Positions 37,012 through 46,754 of a stretch of 64,000 nt of DNA are shown one piece after another (within the stretch, counting starts at the first letter, position 1; each line of letters starts with the position of its first letter). Origin of the DNA: a virus (Duplodnaviria; Caudoviricetes); IMG/VR virus record IMGVR_UViG_3300027121_000002, positions 2,120 through 66,119 of that record. One strand, given 5' to 3'. Below the pieces are notes generated by a model. That model ran no database searches, had not been told where the DNA came from, and worked only from the letters and a program-made list of their open reading frames with translations. A program made the position numbers and the translations under genes.

Positions 37012-37997
37012 CCAATAAGTTTTGCTTTTGCTTCTAATCCCATATAAGTATTTTCCTTGATGATTTTTGGGGCATCAATTCCTGAAAGGATCATATCATT
37101 AATATCCTTTTCTTTCAAGTCATTCGGCCAAATGACGATTGGAAATCGCATTTGTATTGCTTTTTCCATTCTATCTACGATCTGTTTATTTCGTTTTTCA
37201 TTGTCATACACCATTACAAATTCTGTTGCAAAGTTGGATATGAAAAACATTTTATCGATGTCTGCACCAACCATAGCAATTGAATTATCCAAAAACATAC
37301 TATCAATTGGTCCTTCAACAACATAAACAATTTTGTCGTAGTCTGGTTTATCCAAATTGTAAATTTTTGGATGTGTATCATCAAGAATAATTGTAATGTA
37401 TTTCACCTTTGATTTTTTATTTAAACTACGACCTTGAAATCCAAATATTTCTCCTTTATTGATTAAAGGAATAATAATTCGTGGTTCGTCCCGTTCTACT
37501 TTATCAAAGGTGTGTTTTTGCGTGTTGGTCCATTCTTTAAACTTTTCACAGAAATACAATTCACACAGATAGTTGTTAGGTATTTTTCTATCTTCTAAGT
37601 ATTTTCTTGCAGAATGTTCTTTATTTAGTTCTGCGATGGTAGGCAGGTCAAATGCCTTTTTTGAAAAATTTGGTTTCTCAAACTTAAACTCTGGGTTCTT
37701 TGTTTGAGACCTTTTTCCAGTAGTTCCTTCTTTATATCTTTCCATCACATACTGGTCGTAAAGAACAACATCTAAATCTTTGAGAAAGTTTGTAAATGTT
37801 CTAGAAGTTCCACAATTATGACACTTAAAATTATGGTCGTTCTTTAATTGGTAAATATATCCTCTTGCCTTACTCTTTGTCCTTTGACTGTCACCGCAGT
37901 AAGGGCACCGAAAGTTATAAAGACCTTCTTTTTTCTTAGCAAACTTATCCAGTCGGGAAGATACCAGCCCGATGTATTTGGAATCAACAAAACTCAT
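36996..37997 (-). CDS. gp61: DNA primase
   Basis: CPYCGDS..CHNCG Zn finger; GFQGR; VVEGPIDS; YDNE. Confidence 0.95.
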   Translation of the reverse strand: MSFVDSKYIGLVSSRLDKFAKKKEGLYNFRCPYCGDSQRTKSKARGYIYQLKNDHNFKCHNCGTSRTFTNFLKDLDVVLYDQYVMERYKEGTTGKRSQTKNPEFKFEKPNFSKKAFDLPTIAELNKEHSARKYLEDRKIPNNYLCELYFCEKFKEWTNTQKHTFDKVERDEPRIIIPLINKGEIFGFQGRSLNKKSKVKYITIILDDTHPKIYNLDKPDYDKIVYVVEGPIDSMFLDNSIAMVGADIDKMFFISNFATEFVMVYDNEKRNKQIVDRMEKAIQMRFPIVIWPNDLKEKDINDMILSGIDAPKIIKENTYMGLEAKAKLIGWKRV

Positions 37998-38011
37998 TAC
38001 AAAAAAGAATA

Positions 38012-38434
38012 TTACTTCGTTCTCTCTATGCTACTTGAATTATGATGTGTTGTCAAGAGATTTAATGCGGGTGGGGCAAATTTAATGAAGATGGCAAGTA
38101 CTGCTAAACCACCCAGTACTTGCCATCTAAATTTTGAAATACTTTCTACCTTTTCTTCTACTTTCCCTATTCTTTCACCCAACTTTTCACTTATTTGTTC
38201 GTGTTGTTCTTTTGATGATACTTTAATATCTTCAATCATCTTTACAATAATATTGTCTGTTCTATTGCACTGCTCAATCTTTTCATTATGAATGGCAAGC
38301 ATTTGACTGATATTTTGACTCGTTTCTCCTATCTTCTGAATCGCAGTGTCAATGCGTTCCATCATCTGCTCGTAAACATTAATACGTTCTTCAAGTACTG
38401 CTATTTTTGTTTCTGTAGATGATGGTGGAAACAT
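38012..38434 (-). CDS. Coiled-coil protein with C-terminal TM helix
   Basis: KIAVLEERI...FRWQVLGGLAVLAIF. Confidence 0.75.
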   Translation of the reverse strand: MFPPSSTETKIAVLEERINVYEQMMERIDTAIQKIGETSQNISQMLAIHNEKIEQCNRTDNIIVKMIEDIKVSSKEQHEQISEKLGERIGKVEEKVESISKFRWQVLGGLAVLAIFIKFAPPALNLLTTHHNSSSIERTK

Positions 38435-38442
38435 TTTACTAA

Positions 38443-38673
38443 TTATTGTGGTGGGTTTCGTTTTTGCATCCAGTTCTTACGAGAACCTTTACCTAAAAAT
38501 ATATTTTTTTTATTTTTCTTAAAAACAGGTGGATTATCTGGTGGAAGTCCTGCTATATTTATTTGACCTGGTGGGTTTGTGGAATTTGTAGGAACAGCAG
38601 ATGCTGACATTCCATCTTCAATAATATAATGTCTTACAATTGAAATAATTTTGTCTAGGGTAGATTCTTTCAT
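38443..38673 (-). CDS. Hypothetical protein
   Basis: Coupled to neighbours; IAGLPPDNPPV. Confidence 0.7.
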   Translation of the reverse strand: MKESTLDKIISIVRHYIIEDGMSASAVPTNSTNPPGQINIAGLPPDNPPVFKKNKKNIFLGKGSRKNWMQKRNPPQ

Positions 38674-39044
38674 TAGATTAAATTAAGTTGTTCTAAACAG
38701 TCTACATCAATTGGAATATTGTGAATTTTAGTTTTTGGAACTTCTGGCAACCTTCCAAGATAAACTATAAAAGTTTTAACAACAGTCCAAAATTCACTAT
38801 CTATTTTATAAAACAATAAAGGTGTTGCTGCATCACCAAAAACATTATAAAGAATAATAAAATGATTAATCAAAAGGTGAGCATTTAGCTCACCAGTTGT
38901 TTTATGTCTCTTCAATAATCTCTTTATCCACTTGAACCTTTTTAGGTCCTCATAAAAATCATCTTTAGTTACAGATTGTGGATTATCATAATATTTAATA
39001 GCAAATAATAGATAATTATCCTCATTCAATTCATCAAATCTCAT
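38673..39044 (-). CDS. Conserved T4-like hypothetical protein
   Basis: FAIKYYDNP..EDLKRFK..LLINHFIILYNVFG. Confidence 0.8.
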   Translation of the reverse strand: MRFDELNEDNYLLFAIKYYDNPQSVTKDDFYEDLKRFKWIKRLLKRHKTTGELNAHLLINHFIILYNVFGDAATPLLFYKIDSEFWTVVKTFIVYLGRLPEVPKTKIHNIPIDVDCLEQLNLI

Positions 39045-39045
39045 A

Positions 39046-39813
39046 TCATGCTTTAATCGTTAAAGTAGTTGTCCCAATACCGACACCAGAAGTAGTTCCT
39101 GCACCAGCAATATTTTTAACTAATCCATTAATAACTTTATCTACTGCTGCACCACCAGAGAAATCGGTAATTGTTCCAACTACTCCATTTCCAGTAGCAA
39201 TTCTTAAAACAGTTCCAATTCCAGTTGAAGGTGCAGTAAATGCAAAAGCAACTCTATTGGTTATTTGTCCGTTAAAAGTAATTACAGTTTGCCCTACTCC
39301 AGGAATATTGAGTGAAACTGGAGCCCCTGCAGAAGCAGCAGTAGCAACAATATTTGAACCAGTAGATGGAGTAATGAGAACAGTTGCACCAGCAGAACAA
39401 TAAACTGCTTCGTTCCAAACTATGTGAACGTATCCAGTAGTCCCAGTTGCAATTCCAGTTGTTCCACCAGCACCAATACTAATTGGAGATGCAAGGTTTG
39501 GATCCTCAAAGAAAACGGCAATTGGAGTAGCAGTCCCGAGACCAACTGTACTTGTGCCAGAACCAGTGGTATTCAATCCAGAAACTTGTACGATCAACTC
39601 GTCATAATAACTTGTAGAAAGACCAGAATGCATTCTGGTTCCATAATGCCTATAAGTCCATCCAGCATTTGTTGCAAAGCAATTATAAGGACTTCTGTTC
39701 TTGTCAGTTGCTTCAAATTGAGAATTAATTGCAGAATACTCACCAAAGTATTTGGGAATTGCATAATTATTTGCTGCAGTCTCTGCGTTTGTTGAAATAC
39801 CCCAAAGTGCCAT
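39046..39813 (-). CDS. Putative virion structural protein
   Basis: MALWG start; Gly/Thr-rich; TATAAATA upstream. Confidence 0.65.
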   Translation of the reverse strand: MALWGISTNAETAANNYAIPKYFGEYSAINSQFEATDKNRSPYNCFATNAGWTYRHYGTRMHSGLSTSYYDELIVQVSGLNTTGSGTSTVGLGTATPIAVFFEDPNLASPISIGAGGTTGIATGTTGYVHIVWNEAVYCSAGATVLITPSTGSNIVATAASAGAPVSLNIPGVGQTVITFNGQITNRVAFAFTAPSTGIGTVLRIATGNGVVGTITDFSGGAAVDKVINGLVKNIAGAGTTSGVGIGTTTLTIKA

Positions 39814-39898
39814 GTGATTTCTCGTTAATTTTTTTCCTAAACTTATTTATAAAAATATGGGAGTATCAAACTCCCCTAATATTCATTTATTATATTTA

Positions 39899-41470
39899 TC
39901 AGCAGTTCCATTTTCTTAATGAAAGTGCCTTTCTTGTTGGTCTTCCCTTTTCATCCTTCATAGGACCAGGCATCCCACCCATACGAGCACAGAAAGACTT
40001 TCTACGTTTTGCTGATTTACTATCAGGGTCAAGTTTTGATGGTGGAGTTGTAACTGGTGGTTTTAGATTATGTCCTTGTGCTTTAGCAGATGCTCTACCT
40101 TTAGCATTTAGACCACCTTCAGGATTCTTTCCTTCCTCACGTTGCCAAGCAGCAGTTTTTGCTTCACCAATAATTCCAGAATTTAATTGAAAGTTCTTTT
40201 TCTTCTTTACGTCCACTGCTTTTTTGATAATCATCATCGCAAGAACTTTTTTTCCATCATCCTCACATCCACATTCTTCTGAAACAGGTTCAGTTTCACC
40301 AGACATATAATCAGCAACACTATCAATATAATCTGCTGCTTTTGAGATTTTGGATTGAACCCAAGCAGGAAGTTGTTGATTTGGAGATTTTATCTTTTTA
40401 CGAAGAGTTTTAACTGCTCTTTCCATCGTAGCAAGTTCATTATGAACCATTCCACCTTCCTGGTCCTTCTCCTCTTTCATGGTTGGATTGATTTCAATTT
40501 TATTTTTACCACGCATCACATCAATAATTTTTTTCTTTTCTGTTTTATCAGTTTTATTAGTCTCATCTTCAACTTCAAAAAGCAATCCCTGCTCAATAAG
40601 AAATTCATCTCTCCAATTGGAATATTTTTCTTTAATGTTTGATGTATTTCCTTTGTATGGTCTTTTTACTTTATTTGCTTTATCAATTCTTCTGCTAAGA
40701 GCATTTTCCCCACCTCGTCCAATAGTAGAAAATTTTCCAGATATAGTTTTACCAGCAAGTGCAATTGATCTAGCTTGATTTCCAACAGGAAATCCATATA
40801 TGGTTGGTGCTTTATGTGCAACACGTTTTGTTGGTTTTGCTTCTTGACCCTTTGGTCCAGCAGGAGGTTTTGGTCCATTTGGTCCAGAAGGAGGAGTTGG
40901 ACTACCACCAGAAGGAGGAGTTTGCCCTCCACTGGGAGGTCTACCACCTAAAAGTCCACTTTTTCTTGGTTTCTTCTTTGGTATTTTACTTTCTACATCA
41001 TTTTTTTCTGCCTCTGCTGCTGCTTTTTTTGCTTTATGTTTTGCTACAGCGTAACCAATCCCTGCTTTCGCAATTCCACCAGCAAGAGATGAAACATTTC
41101 CAACTACCTTTGTATAAGCAGTCGCATCACTATCTCTCTGTGAAATTGATTGTGTTTTAATATCAGAAAGAGCAGCACTTGCAGCTTGTCTGGGTTTATT
41201 TTTAATATCTTCTAATTCTTTATTTTTCCTTGCTTCAGCATTTTTTCTAGCTTGGTCGATAGAGAATTTAAGTTGTTCACCTTTTCTCTTCTCCCTTTTT
41301 TTTGCTAACTTATAGTATTTATTTTTTGATTTTTGTGCTTGTGCTTGTTTTTCCTTTTTATTTTTTGTTTGTTCGTCTTTCAATGCTGCTTCACCTGCTT
41401 TTCTAATTTCAGCAGCAGTCATATTTTTTTTATCTTTTGCTTCAGTGATAATTTCCTTCCAAGGTCTCAT
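39899..41470 (-). CDS. Modular basic late protein (putative internal protein)
   Basis: MRPWKEIITEA; LPAWVQSKISKAADY; C-terminal GKNPEGGLN..RRKSFCARM..LRKWNC. Confidence 0.7.
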   Translation of the reverse strand: MRPWKEIITEAKDKKNMTAAEIRKAGEAALKDEQTKNKKEKQAQAQKSKNKYYKLAKKREKRKGEQLKFSIDQARKNAEARKNKELEDIKNKPRQAASAALSDIKTQSISQRDSDATAYTKVVGNVSSLAGGIAKAGIGYAVAKHKAKKAAAEAEKNDVESKIPKKKPRKSGLLGGRPPSGGQTPPSGGSPTPPSGPNGPKPPAGPKGQEAKPTKRVAHKAPTIYGFPVGNQARSIALAGKTISGKFSTIGRGGENALSRRIDKANKVKRPYKGNTSNIKEKYSNWRDEFLIEQGLLFEVEDETNKTDKTEKKKIIDVMRGKNKIEINPTMKEEKDQEGGMVHNELATMERAVKTLRKKIKSPNQQLPAWVQSKISKAADYIDSVADYMSGETEPVSEECGCEDDGKKVLAMMIIKKAVDVKKKKNFQLNSGIIGEAKTAAWQREEGKNPEGGLNAKGRASAKAQGHNLKPPVTTPPSKLDPDSKSAKRRKSFCARMGGMPGPMKDEKGRPTRKALSLRKWNC

Positions 41471-41471
41471 T

Positions 41472-42659
41472 TTACTTAGATACTTTTTTCCTACTGGTAT
41501 TTATATTTTTCTTCATTGTTGGTTTTATTTTAACATCAGTATAAGAATTTACTGGTTGTCCTGGTGTCATCTTTTGTGTATGTGCTCTGTATTCACAAGT
41601 CCCAACCTCATAAACTTCACGAACATCTTTCAACCAACTCTTAAACATCACACCTTCTTTCGTTACGCAAATTAAATGATTTGCTCCTCTACGAAGAATT
41701 CTTCCAACTAATCCACTATTTAAATTTTCTACCAAAGCACCAACATCAAATAAACCATTCTTTTTATAATTCCATCTCATTCCCTCATAATCCAATTCCG
41801 GAGCAATCTTCCAGATTTCAGTATCTTCACTCACTTTCATTGAACGAGAAACAGTATTAAACATTTCCTGTTTCTCTGCGGTATCCATATTTGCTGGAAG
41901 TCCAGTAGCAAATCTTTCATAATCTCCTGTTGCTGCTGCTGTTCTCATCATCGCAGAAGAACCAGGACTTTCAACATCACTATCAGGGTCTTTTATTCCA
42001 GATGGGACTACCTCAATATTATTGAACTGATATTGCTGTCCGTCTCCTTTATGAACTAAACTTTGGAATTCACCAAGTCTATCTTGTCCCGTTATGATTA
42101 CAACATCAGTATATCCATCATCATACACAGAACCCAAAACATCAAAAATAGTTTTTGCATTATCACTATCTACAATATACTCCGCATACTCTGGGAACAT
42201 CGATTGCATATAAGAAATCTTCAATCCTGGATTGAGTGGATTTGTTGCTCCATCTTCAATACGACTTGGATAAACTCTAAACTCAAATCTTCTTCGAGTT
42301 GCCTGAGAATATCCTGCTTTCAATAATGCTCCGTGATTTTTGGATGGTGGATTGAATCTTCCAATTACAATAGCAACACCATTCACTTGCTCTGGTTCTG
42401 CTTGCTGCTGCTGTGCTACTTGTTGTGGTGCTTTCTGTTTCTGTTTTACTGTTGCCTTCTTCTTTTCTCCTTGTTGCTGTTGTTCGTCAGCACCACCTTG
42501 ACCGAAATATTTTAACTTTCCACCTACAGTTTTTGCTACAAAATTTCCTTGAGTATCATACCAATCACCATGACCGTTTCCTTTAAGTCCGCGGTTCTTT
42601 GCTTCAGTAGACGCAAGTGTTTCTACTGCTTCTTTAATAAATCTAGCAAAACTTTTCAT
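41472..42659 (-). CDS. Cytidyltransferase-like protein with capsid-targeting-like N-terminus
   Basis: MKSFARFIKEA; GRFNPP..H, NPL, G.DR, S.S.MR. Confidence 0.8.
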   Translation of the reverse strand: MKSFARFIKEAVETLASTEAKNRGLKGNGHGDWYDTQGNFVAKTVGGKLKYFGQGGADEQQQQGEKKKATVKQKQKAPQQVAQQQQAEPEQVNGVAIVIGRFNPPSKNHGALLKAGYSQATRRRFEFRVYPSRIEDGATNPLNPGLKISYMQSMFPEYAEYIVDSDNAKTIFDVLGSVYDDGYTDVVIITGQDRLGEFQSLVHKGDGQQYQFNNIEVVPSGIKDPDSDVESPGSSAMMRTAAATGDYERFATGLPANMDTAEKQEMFNTVSRSMKVSEDTEIWKIAPELDYEGMRWNYKKNGLFDVGALVENLNSGLVGRILRRGANHLICVTKEGVMFKSWLKDVREVYEVGTCEYRAHTQKMTPGQPVNSYTDVKIKPTMKKNINTSRKKVSK

Positions 42660-42687
42660 TTATATGGTATTTTTAGTTATTTATTCA

Positions 42688-43452
42688 CTAGAAACTGTCA
42701 CGAAGTAATCTCAAATCATTAGCATCATCTAATGAAAAATTACTTCTCGCAACACCTTCACTTTTTAATGTTAATGTTGGTCTAAATGTTCCATTACTAT
42801 TACTTGTTTTACCTCTAACAACTAAACTAGCAGATGATGGAGCAAATCTTGGTATATCAATTGGAAGTTTTGAATTTAAACCCATTCTATCATTACCAAG
42901 AATATAAAATCCTTCATTTTTTATCTGTATATAATTTATACCCTTACTATTATAATAAGATATAATTTTAGAAACAATATCTGGTCCAGATGCTATTGTT
43001 GTTTGTGGAAATGGATTTGCTTTTCCAGTTTTTTCAATTAAAAGTTTTTCATAATATAAAACTTTACCAAGACTATTATTATTGATAATATCTCGCAAAT
43101 CAGTAGCAGTCAATTCATTATTTGGTAGTCCCCAAGTTTGTTGTATTTTTCTATCTACATCATATTGCGAATAAAGATAATTATACAAACTAACTATTGA
43201 TTGTGGTTCTGTTCCATCAAATTTTGCGACCCAAGAAGTTCCATTAAATGTGATTGCCTTTTGCCCAAAGTCAGCCTGTGTGGTTGTTTTTGCTTCAACT
43301 AAAAGTGTCTGTCCTGGATTGTTAACAGAAGGTATAGTTAAGTCTGGACCACTTCCAAATCCAGCATTTTTTGGAATATTTTTAAAAACTGATTTTAATT
43401 TATTTCTAAGAGTAATCTCATATTGTTTTCCTGCTAGTGCTGGATTAGACAT
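42688..43452 (-). CDS. PD-(D/E)XK restriction-endonuclease-like nuclease
   Basis: GKQYE; GPDLTI; VEAKT; YYNSKGINYIQI. Confidence 0.7.
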   Translation of the reverse strand: MSNPALAGKQYEITLRNKLKSVFKNIPKNAGFGSGPDLTIPSVNNPGQTLLVEAKTTTQADFGQKAITFNGTSWVAKFDGTEPQSIVSLYNYLYSQYDVDRKIQQTWGLPNNELTATDLRDIINNNSLGKVLYYEKLLIEKTGKANPFPQTTIASGPDIVSKIISYYNSKGINYIQIKNEGFYILGNDRMGLNSKLPIDIPRFAPSSASLVVRGKTSNSNGTFRPTLTLKSEGVARSNFSLDDANDLRLLRDSF

Positions 43453-43497
43453 AAAAAATCCCCCCCTTTCTTGTATTTAGAAAGAGAGAGTTAAAAT

Positions 43498-43671
43498 TTA
43501 TTCTTTTACTTGTTCTTCGATCTTCTCATCAAGAAGACCAATTACTTCTCGAATTTTATTAATCCTTTCCGTTGGAAACTCATAACTATATCCTTTTTGT
43601 GCGTCAAAAAGAACTTGCCTCACAGTTGCCGCAGAAATCAAATCAATTTTAATACTTACGTTTTTGCTCAT
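43498..43671 (-). CDS. Hypothetical protein, 57 aa (not in ORF track)
   Basis: MSKNVSIKIDLISAATVRQVLF...; TGATG coupling to mazG. Confidence 0.65.
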   Translation of the reverse strand: MSKNVSIKIDLISAATVRQVLFDAQKGYSYEFPTERINKIREVIGLLDEKIEEQVKE

Positions 43672-44081
43672 CAAATGTCTCCCTCTTCACGATTTTCACT
43701 ATAATATGCGTCAAAAAATCCATCTGGATAACGCTTCATCAGTTTATCAATATTTGTTTGAACCACTTCATCAAAGGAAACATCAAGAGCAATACAAGCC
43801 TGAGCAACATACCATAAAGTATCACCAAGTTCCTTAATTAAGTGCGTGCGAGTCTCATCATTCCAAGACTTACCTTGAAAAATAAGTTTCTTTACAATTT
43901 CAAGGAATTCACCACCTTCAGCATTAATTCCAACACCAGCAGTTAGGAGTCTTTCGATATTTGCACCCTTTTCATCCAGCTGAACCATACGGTCAGAAAG
44001 AGCAAGAAAATCTTTAGATGCATCACTTGTAACAGCATCTACAAAGTTTTGATATTTGCCAAAATCAATTCGTTGAGTCAT
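43671..44081 (-). CDS. mazG: MazG nucleotide pyrophosphohydrolase
   Basis: AEGGEFLEIVKK; ELGD.LWY; N.DKL.KRYP. Confidence 0.92.
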   Translation of the reverse strand: MTQRIDFGKYQNFVDAVTSDASKDFLALSDRMVQLDEKGANIERLLTAGVGINAEGGEFLEIVKKLIFQGKSWNDETRTHLIKELGDTLWYVAQACIALDVSFDEVVQTNIDKLMKRYPDGFFDAYYSENREEGDI

Positions 44082-44086
44082 AGTAT

Positions 44087-44800
44087 TTAAAATTTAAATC
44101 CTGAAAATTTACTTTTTTTATCTTCTTCATAAGTATACTCTTCTTCTTGTCCTGAGTCAAGTTTTTTTATGCTCCATCCTTTATAAGTTTTTCTTTCCCC
44201 TTTTAAAATTCTAGTAAAATAACTTTGAGAAAAATTATTTTCCCTACAAAATTTTGCTAAATTTTTTATTATCAATACCATTCCATTTTTATTTTCCAGT
44301 TCATATGTATTTTTACAATGAGACTTTGAAATTTTTTCTTTACAACTTTCAGTCAAGTTTCTTCCAGTTTTATATACAATCATTTTATCAACTGTTTCTT
44401 TTGAAAGAACTTTTCCTTTATGTGCTTTGCTTAATTTTTGTTTATGTTCTTCACTTAAAGTTTTACCAAGAAGTTTTTGCCTTCTTTTTTCTATGGAACT
44501 TTGTGATTGTTTAAATCCTCTAGAACACTTACCACCTTCTTTGATATTAAATCCATTATTTACAGTATCATAATATTGAATCCAATATTTTTCCCTTTCA
44601 TCTAATAGATTTATATTTTCAACTTCTTCAAGTATACCATAAACAAAATTATATTTACTATATTTTTGTATTGCTCTACTAATTTTAGTTTCATTAATTG
44701 TTCTAAAATGACGAAGAATTCTTCTCTGTAATTTTTCTACAGTTTGTCCTATGTATTTTTTACCAGTAGTTAAATTATGAATACAGTAAATAATTCCCAT
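44087..44800 (-). CDS. GIY-YIG homing endonuclease ending in a duplicate of the gp41 C-terminus
   Basis: GIIYCIHN..GKKYIGQT; GFNIKEGG; ends LDSGQEEEY..KSKFSGFKF. Confidence 0.9.
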   Translation of the reverse strand: MGIIYCIHNLTTGKKYIGQTVEKLQRRILRHFRTINETKISRAIQKYSKYNFVYGILEEVENINLLDEREKYWIQYYDTVNNGFNIKEGGKCSRGFKQSQSSIEKRRQKLLGKTLSEEHKQKLSKAHKGKVLSKETVDKMIVYKTGRNLTESCKEKISKSHCKNTYELENKNGMVLIIKNLAKFCRENNFSQSYFTRILKGERKTYKGWSIKKLDSGQEEEYTYEEDKKSKFSGFKF

Positions 44801-45978
44801 TAGAATTTAAATCCAGAAAATTTATTAGTTTTTGATTCACTATTTCTTTCTGGTGATTCGTATTCCTCATCTTTTCCAGAATTAATAATATCTTTTTGTG
44901 CAGATTGTTCGCAATCATAGAGACGCATTTTTTCTCTATCAACACCAACAACAAACCTCTTATATTTATCAGTTGAAGAATAACGGTTCTTCAATTGTTT
45001 CACCATAATCTGTCCCAACCCCTCCAACTCTTCTGTGCTAATAAGGGCAAACATAAGGTCAGCAGTAGCAGGAAGACCAAAGGATTCACTAGTATCAGTA
45101 AGGTCAGGATCGGAGCTAGAAAAACCACTACGAGTAGTCTGGGTAGCGGAAACAATTGGAACATTTGCTTCAACTGCAAGACCACGAAGTTCTTCCGCAA
45201 TTGCTTTGACATAAGAGTAAGAATTGACTGAAAAATTACTCTTATATCTTGAGGACCCACAAATATTAAGGTAGTCAATGAAAATAATATCAGGTTTAAA
45301 TGATTTCTTAAGAGAGAGTTCATTAAGAAGTGCTCTAAAATGACCTGCGTGTGCCGAAGCAGTTGGATACTCTTTGATAATCAGAGTTCCTTGTGTTTTC
45401 TTCGCAATATTATTTACTTTCGTATCAAACATTACTTTTGGCAATGTTTCAATATCTTTGATATTAACATTTAAGAGATTTGCGTCAATTCGTTCAGCAA
45501 TTTTCTCCTCTGCCATTTCAAGCGTAATGTACAATACGTTCCGTCCTTGGAGCAACACGGAGCTAGCCACATGGCACATAAACAAGGATTTACCTACACC
45601 TGTATTGTGAGAAGAAACACCATTAGTATAATACCTATGATTTGGATGATTTACATTAATATCAACAATAGGTATTTGATTTCCTGTCTTAAAGACACTT
45701 CCAAGTTTATAACCATTTTTAGTTATAAAATGATTTGTCTTATATTTTTCATAAAGGTGTGATGCTTTCATCCACCCAAAAGATGTTTCAAATAAATGGT
45801 CAGCATTACATCTCACAGGTTCTCCATCATCAACCTTTAAAACATATTCATCATACATTCCTTTGTTAATGAAGAAATTGACTGGAACATATCCATCAGG
45901 CGAATCAACTTCTACCTCATATCCATTATCAAGTAATGTTTTGATTTCAGCAATTGTTGTTTCTTTTTCAATCCACAT
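44800..45978 (-). CDS. gp41: Replicative helicase C-terminal fragment with 125-aa C-intein
   Basis: ...HRYYTNGVSSHN|TGVGKS; YITLEM; IDYLN; SATQTTR; SESFGLPATAD. Confidence 0.95.
   Translation of the reverse strand: MWIEKETTIAEIKTLLDNGYEVEVDSPDGYVPVNFFINKGMYDEYVLKVDDGEPVRCNADHLFETSFGWMKASHLYEKYKTNHFITKNGYKLGSVFKTGNQIPIVDINVNHPNHRYYTNGVSSHNTGVGKSLFMCHVASSVLLQGRNVLYITLEMAEEKIAERIDANLLNVNIKDIETLPKVMFDTKVNNIAKKTQGTLIIKEYPTASAHAGHFRALLNELSLKKSFKPDIIFIDYLNICGSSRYKSNFSVNSYSYVKAIAEELRGLAVEANVPIVSATQTTRSGFSSSDPDLTDTSESFGLPATADLMFALISTEELEGLGQIMVKQLKNRYSSTDKYKRFVVGVDREKMRLYDCEQSAQKDIINSGKDEEYESPERNSESKTNKFSGFKF
45604..45978 (-). mobile_element. Atypical split intein, large C-fragment (gp41)
   Basis: Contains block B (CNADH), block F (IVDINV) and block G (SHN); +1 Thr. 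Confidence 0.9.
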
Positions 45979-46018
45979 TTTATATAAATAATAGTATTAG
46001 CAGTAGCAGGGACAGGGA

Positions 46019-46681
46019 ATGTTTGATCGTATCTATTCTAACCTATGTGAAGGTAATAAGTCAAGAAGAGAAAACTATAAAAAATATTCAGGACTACACG
46101 AACACCATATTGTTCCTAAACATATGGGAGGAACAGATGATGATTGCAACCTTACATACTTGAATGTTAGAGAACATATCATAGCACATTATTTACTTTG
46201 GAAGATTTACAAAAATCCAAATGATTTAAGATCTATGAAAATGTTGGGAGCAAACTTATCACCTCAACACAGAAAAATAATAGGAGAGTTTTGTAGAGAT
46301 AATCAACTTGGTTTCTTTTCAACACCAGTAGAAGAAAGAAAAGAATGGATGATTAGAGGAATAGAAACTCAAAAACAAGAATATTTAAATGATAAAGTTA
46401 AAAATTTTTATTATTGGAGCACAGAAGAAGGCAGAAAGGAAAGAGCATCTCTTGGAGGCAAGAAGAGAGCATCAAAAGAATTTAATTACTGGGCATCCAA
46501 TCAAGGAAGACAAGAAAGAGCATCTCTTGGAGGAAAAGCACACAAAGGTAAGAAGGTAATGCACTTACCAGGAACAAAAGGATGGAAAAGAATACTTCCA
46601 GAAGATGTTGATATGAAGTCAAACGAGGGTTGGAAATTTGGAACTGGAGAACCAGCACCAAATTCTAAAGTTAAAAAATAA
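46019..46681 (+). CDS. HNH homing endonuclease, inverted, inside split gp41 locus
   Basis: HEHHIVPKHMGG.D...NL..L..REH..AH; TATAAATA at 45983. Confidence 0.9.
   Translation: MFDRIYSNLCEGNKSRRENYKKYSGLHEHHIVPKHMGGTDDDCNLTYLNVREHIIAHYLLWKIYKNPNDLRSMKMLGANLSPQHRKIIGEFCRDNQLGFFSTPVEERKEWMIRGIETQKQEYLNDKVKNFYYWSTEEGRKERASLGGKKRASKEFNYWASNQGRQERASLGGKAHKGKKVMHLPGTKGWKRILPEDVDMKSNEGWKFGTGEPAPNSKVKK
46035..46064 (-). promoter_or_regulatory. Candidate sigma70-like promoter for gp41 C-fragment, embedded antisense in the HNH gene
   Basis: TTGACT-N18-TAGAAT, ~55 bp upstream of ATG 45978. Confidence 0.55.
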
Positions 46682-46701
46682 TAGTTAAAATTGATATGAA
46701 T

Positions 46702-46734
46702 AAAAAACCACTCAATAAGTGAGTGGTTGAAAAA
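46702..46734. terminator. Terminator between converging HNH and cargo genes
   Basis: AACCACTC-(7 nt)-GAGTGGTT; T-run follows on minus strand. Confidence 0.75.
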
Positions 46735-46754
46735 GATTTTATGATTTTATCAAA

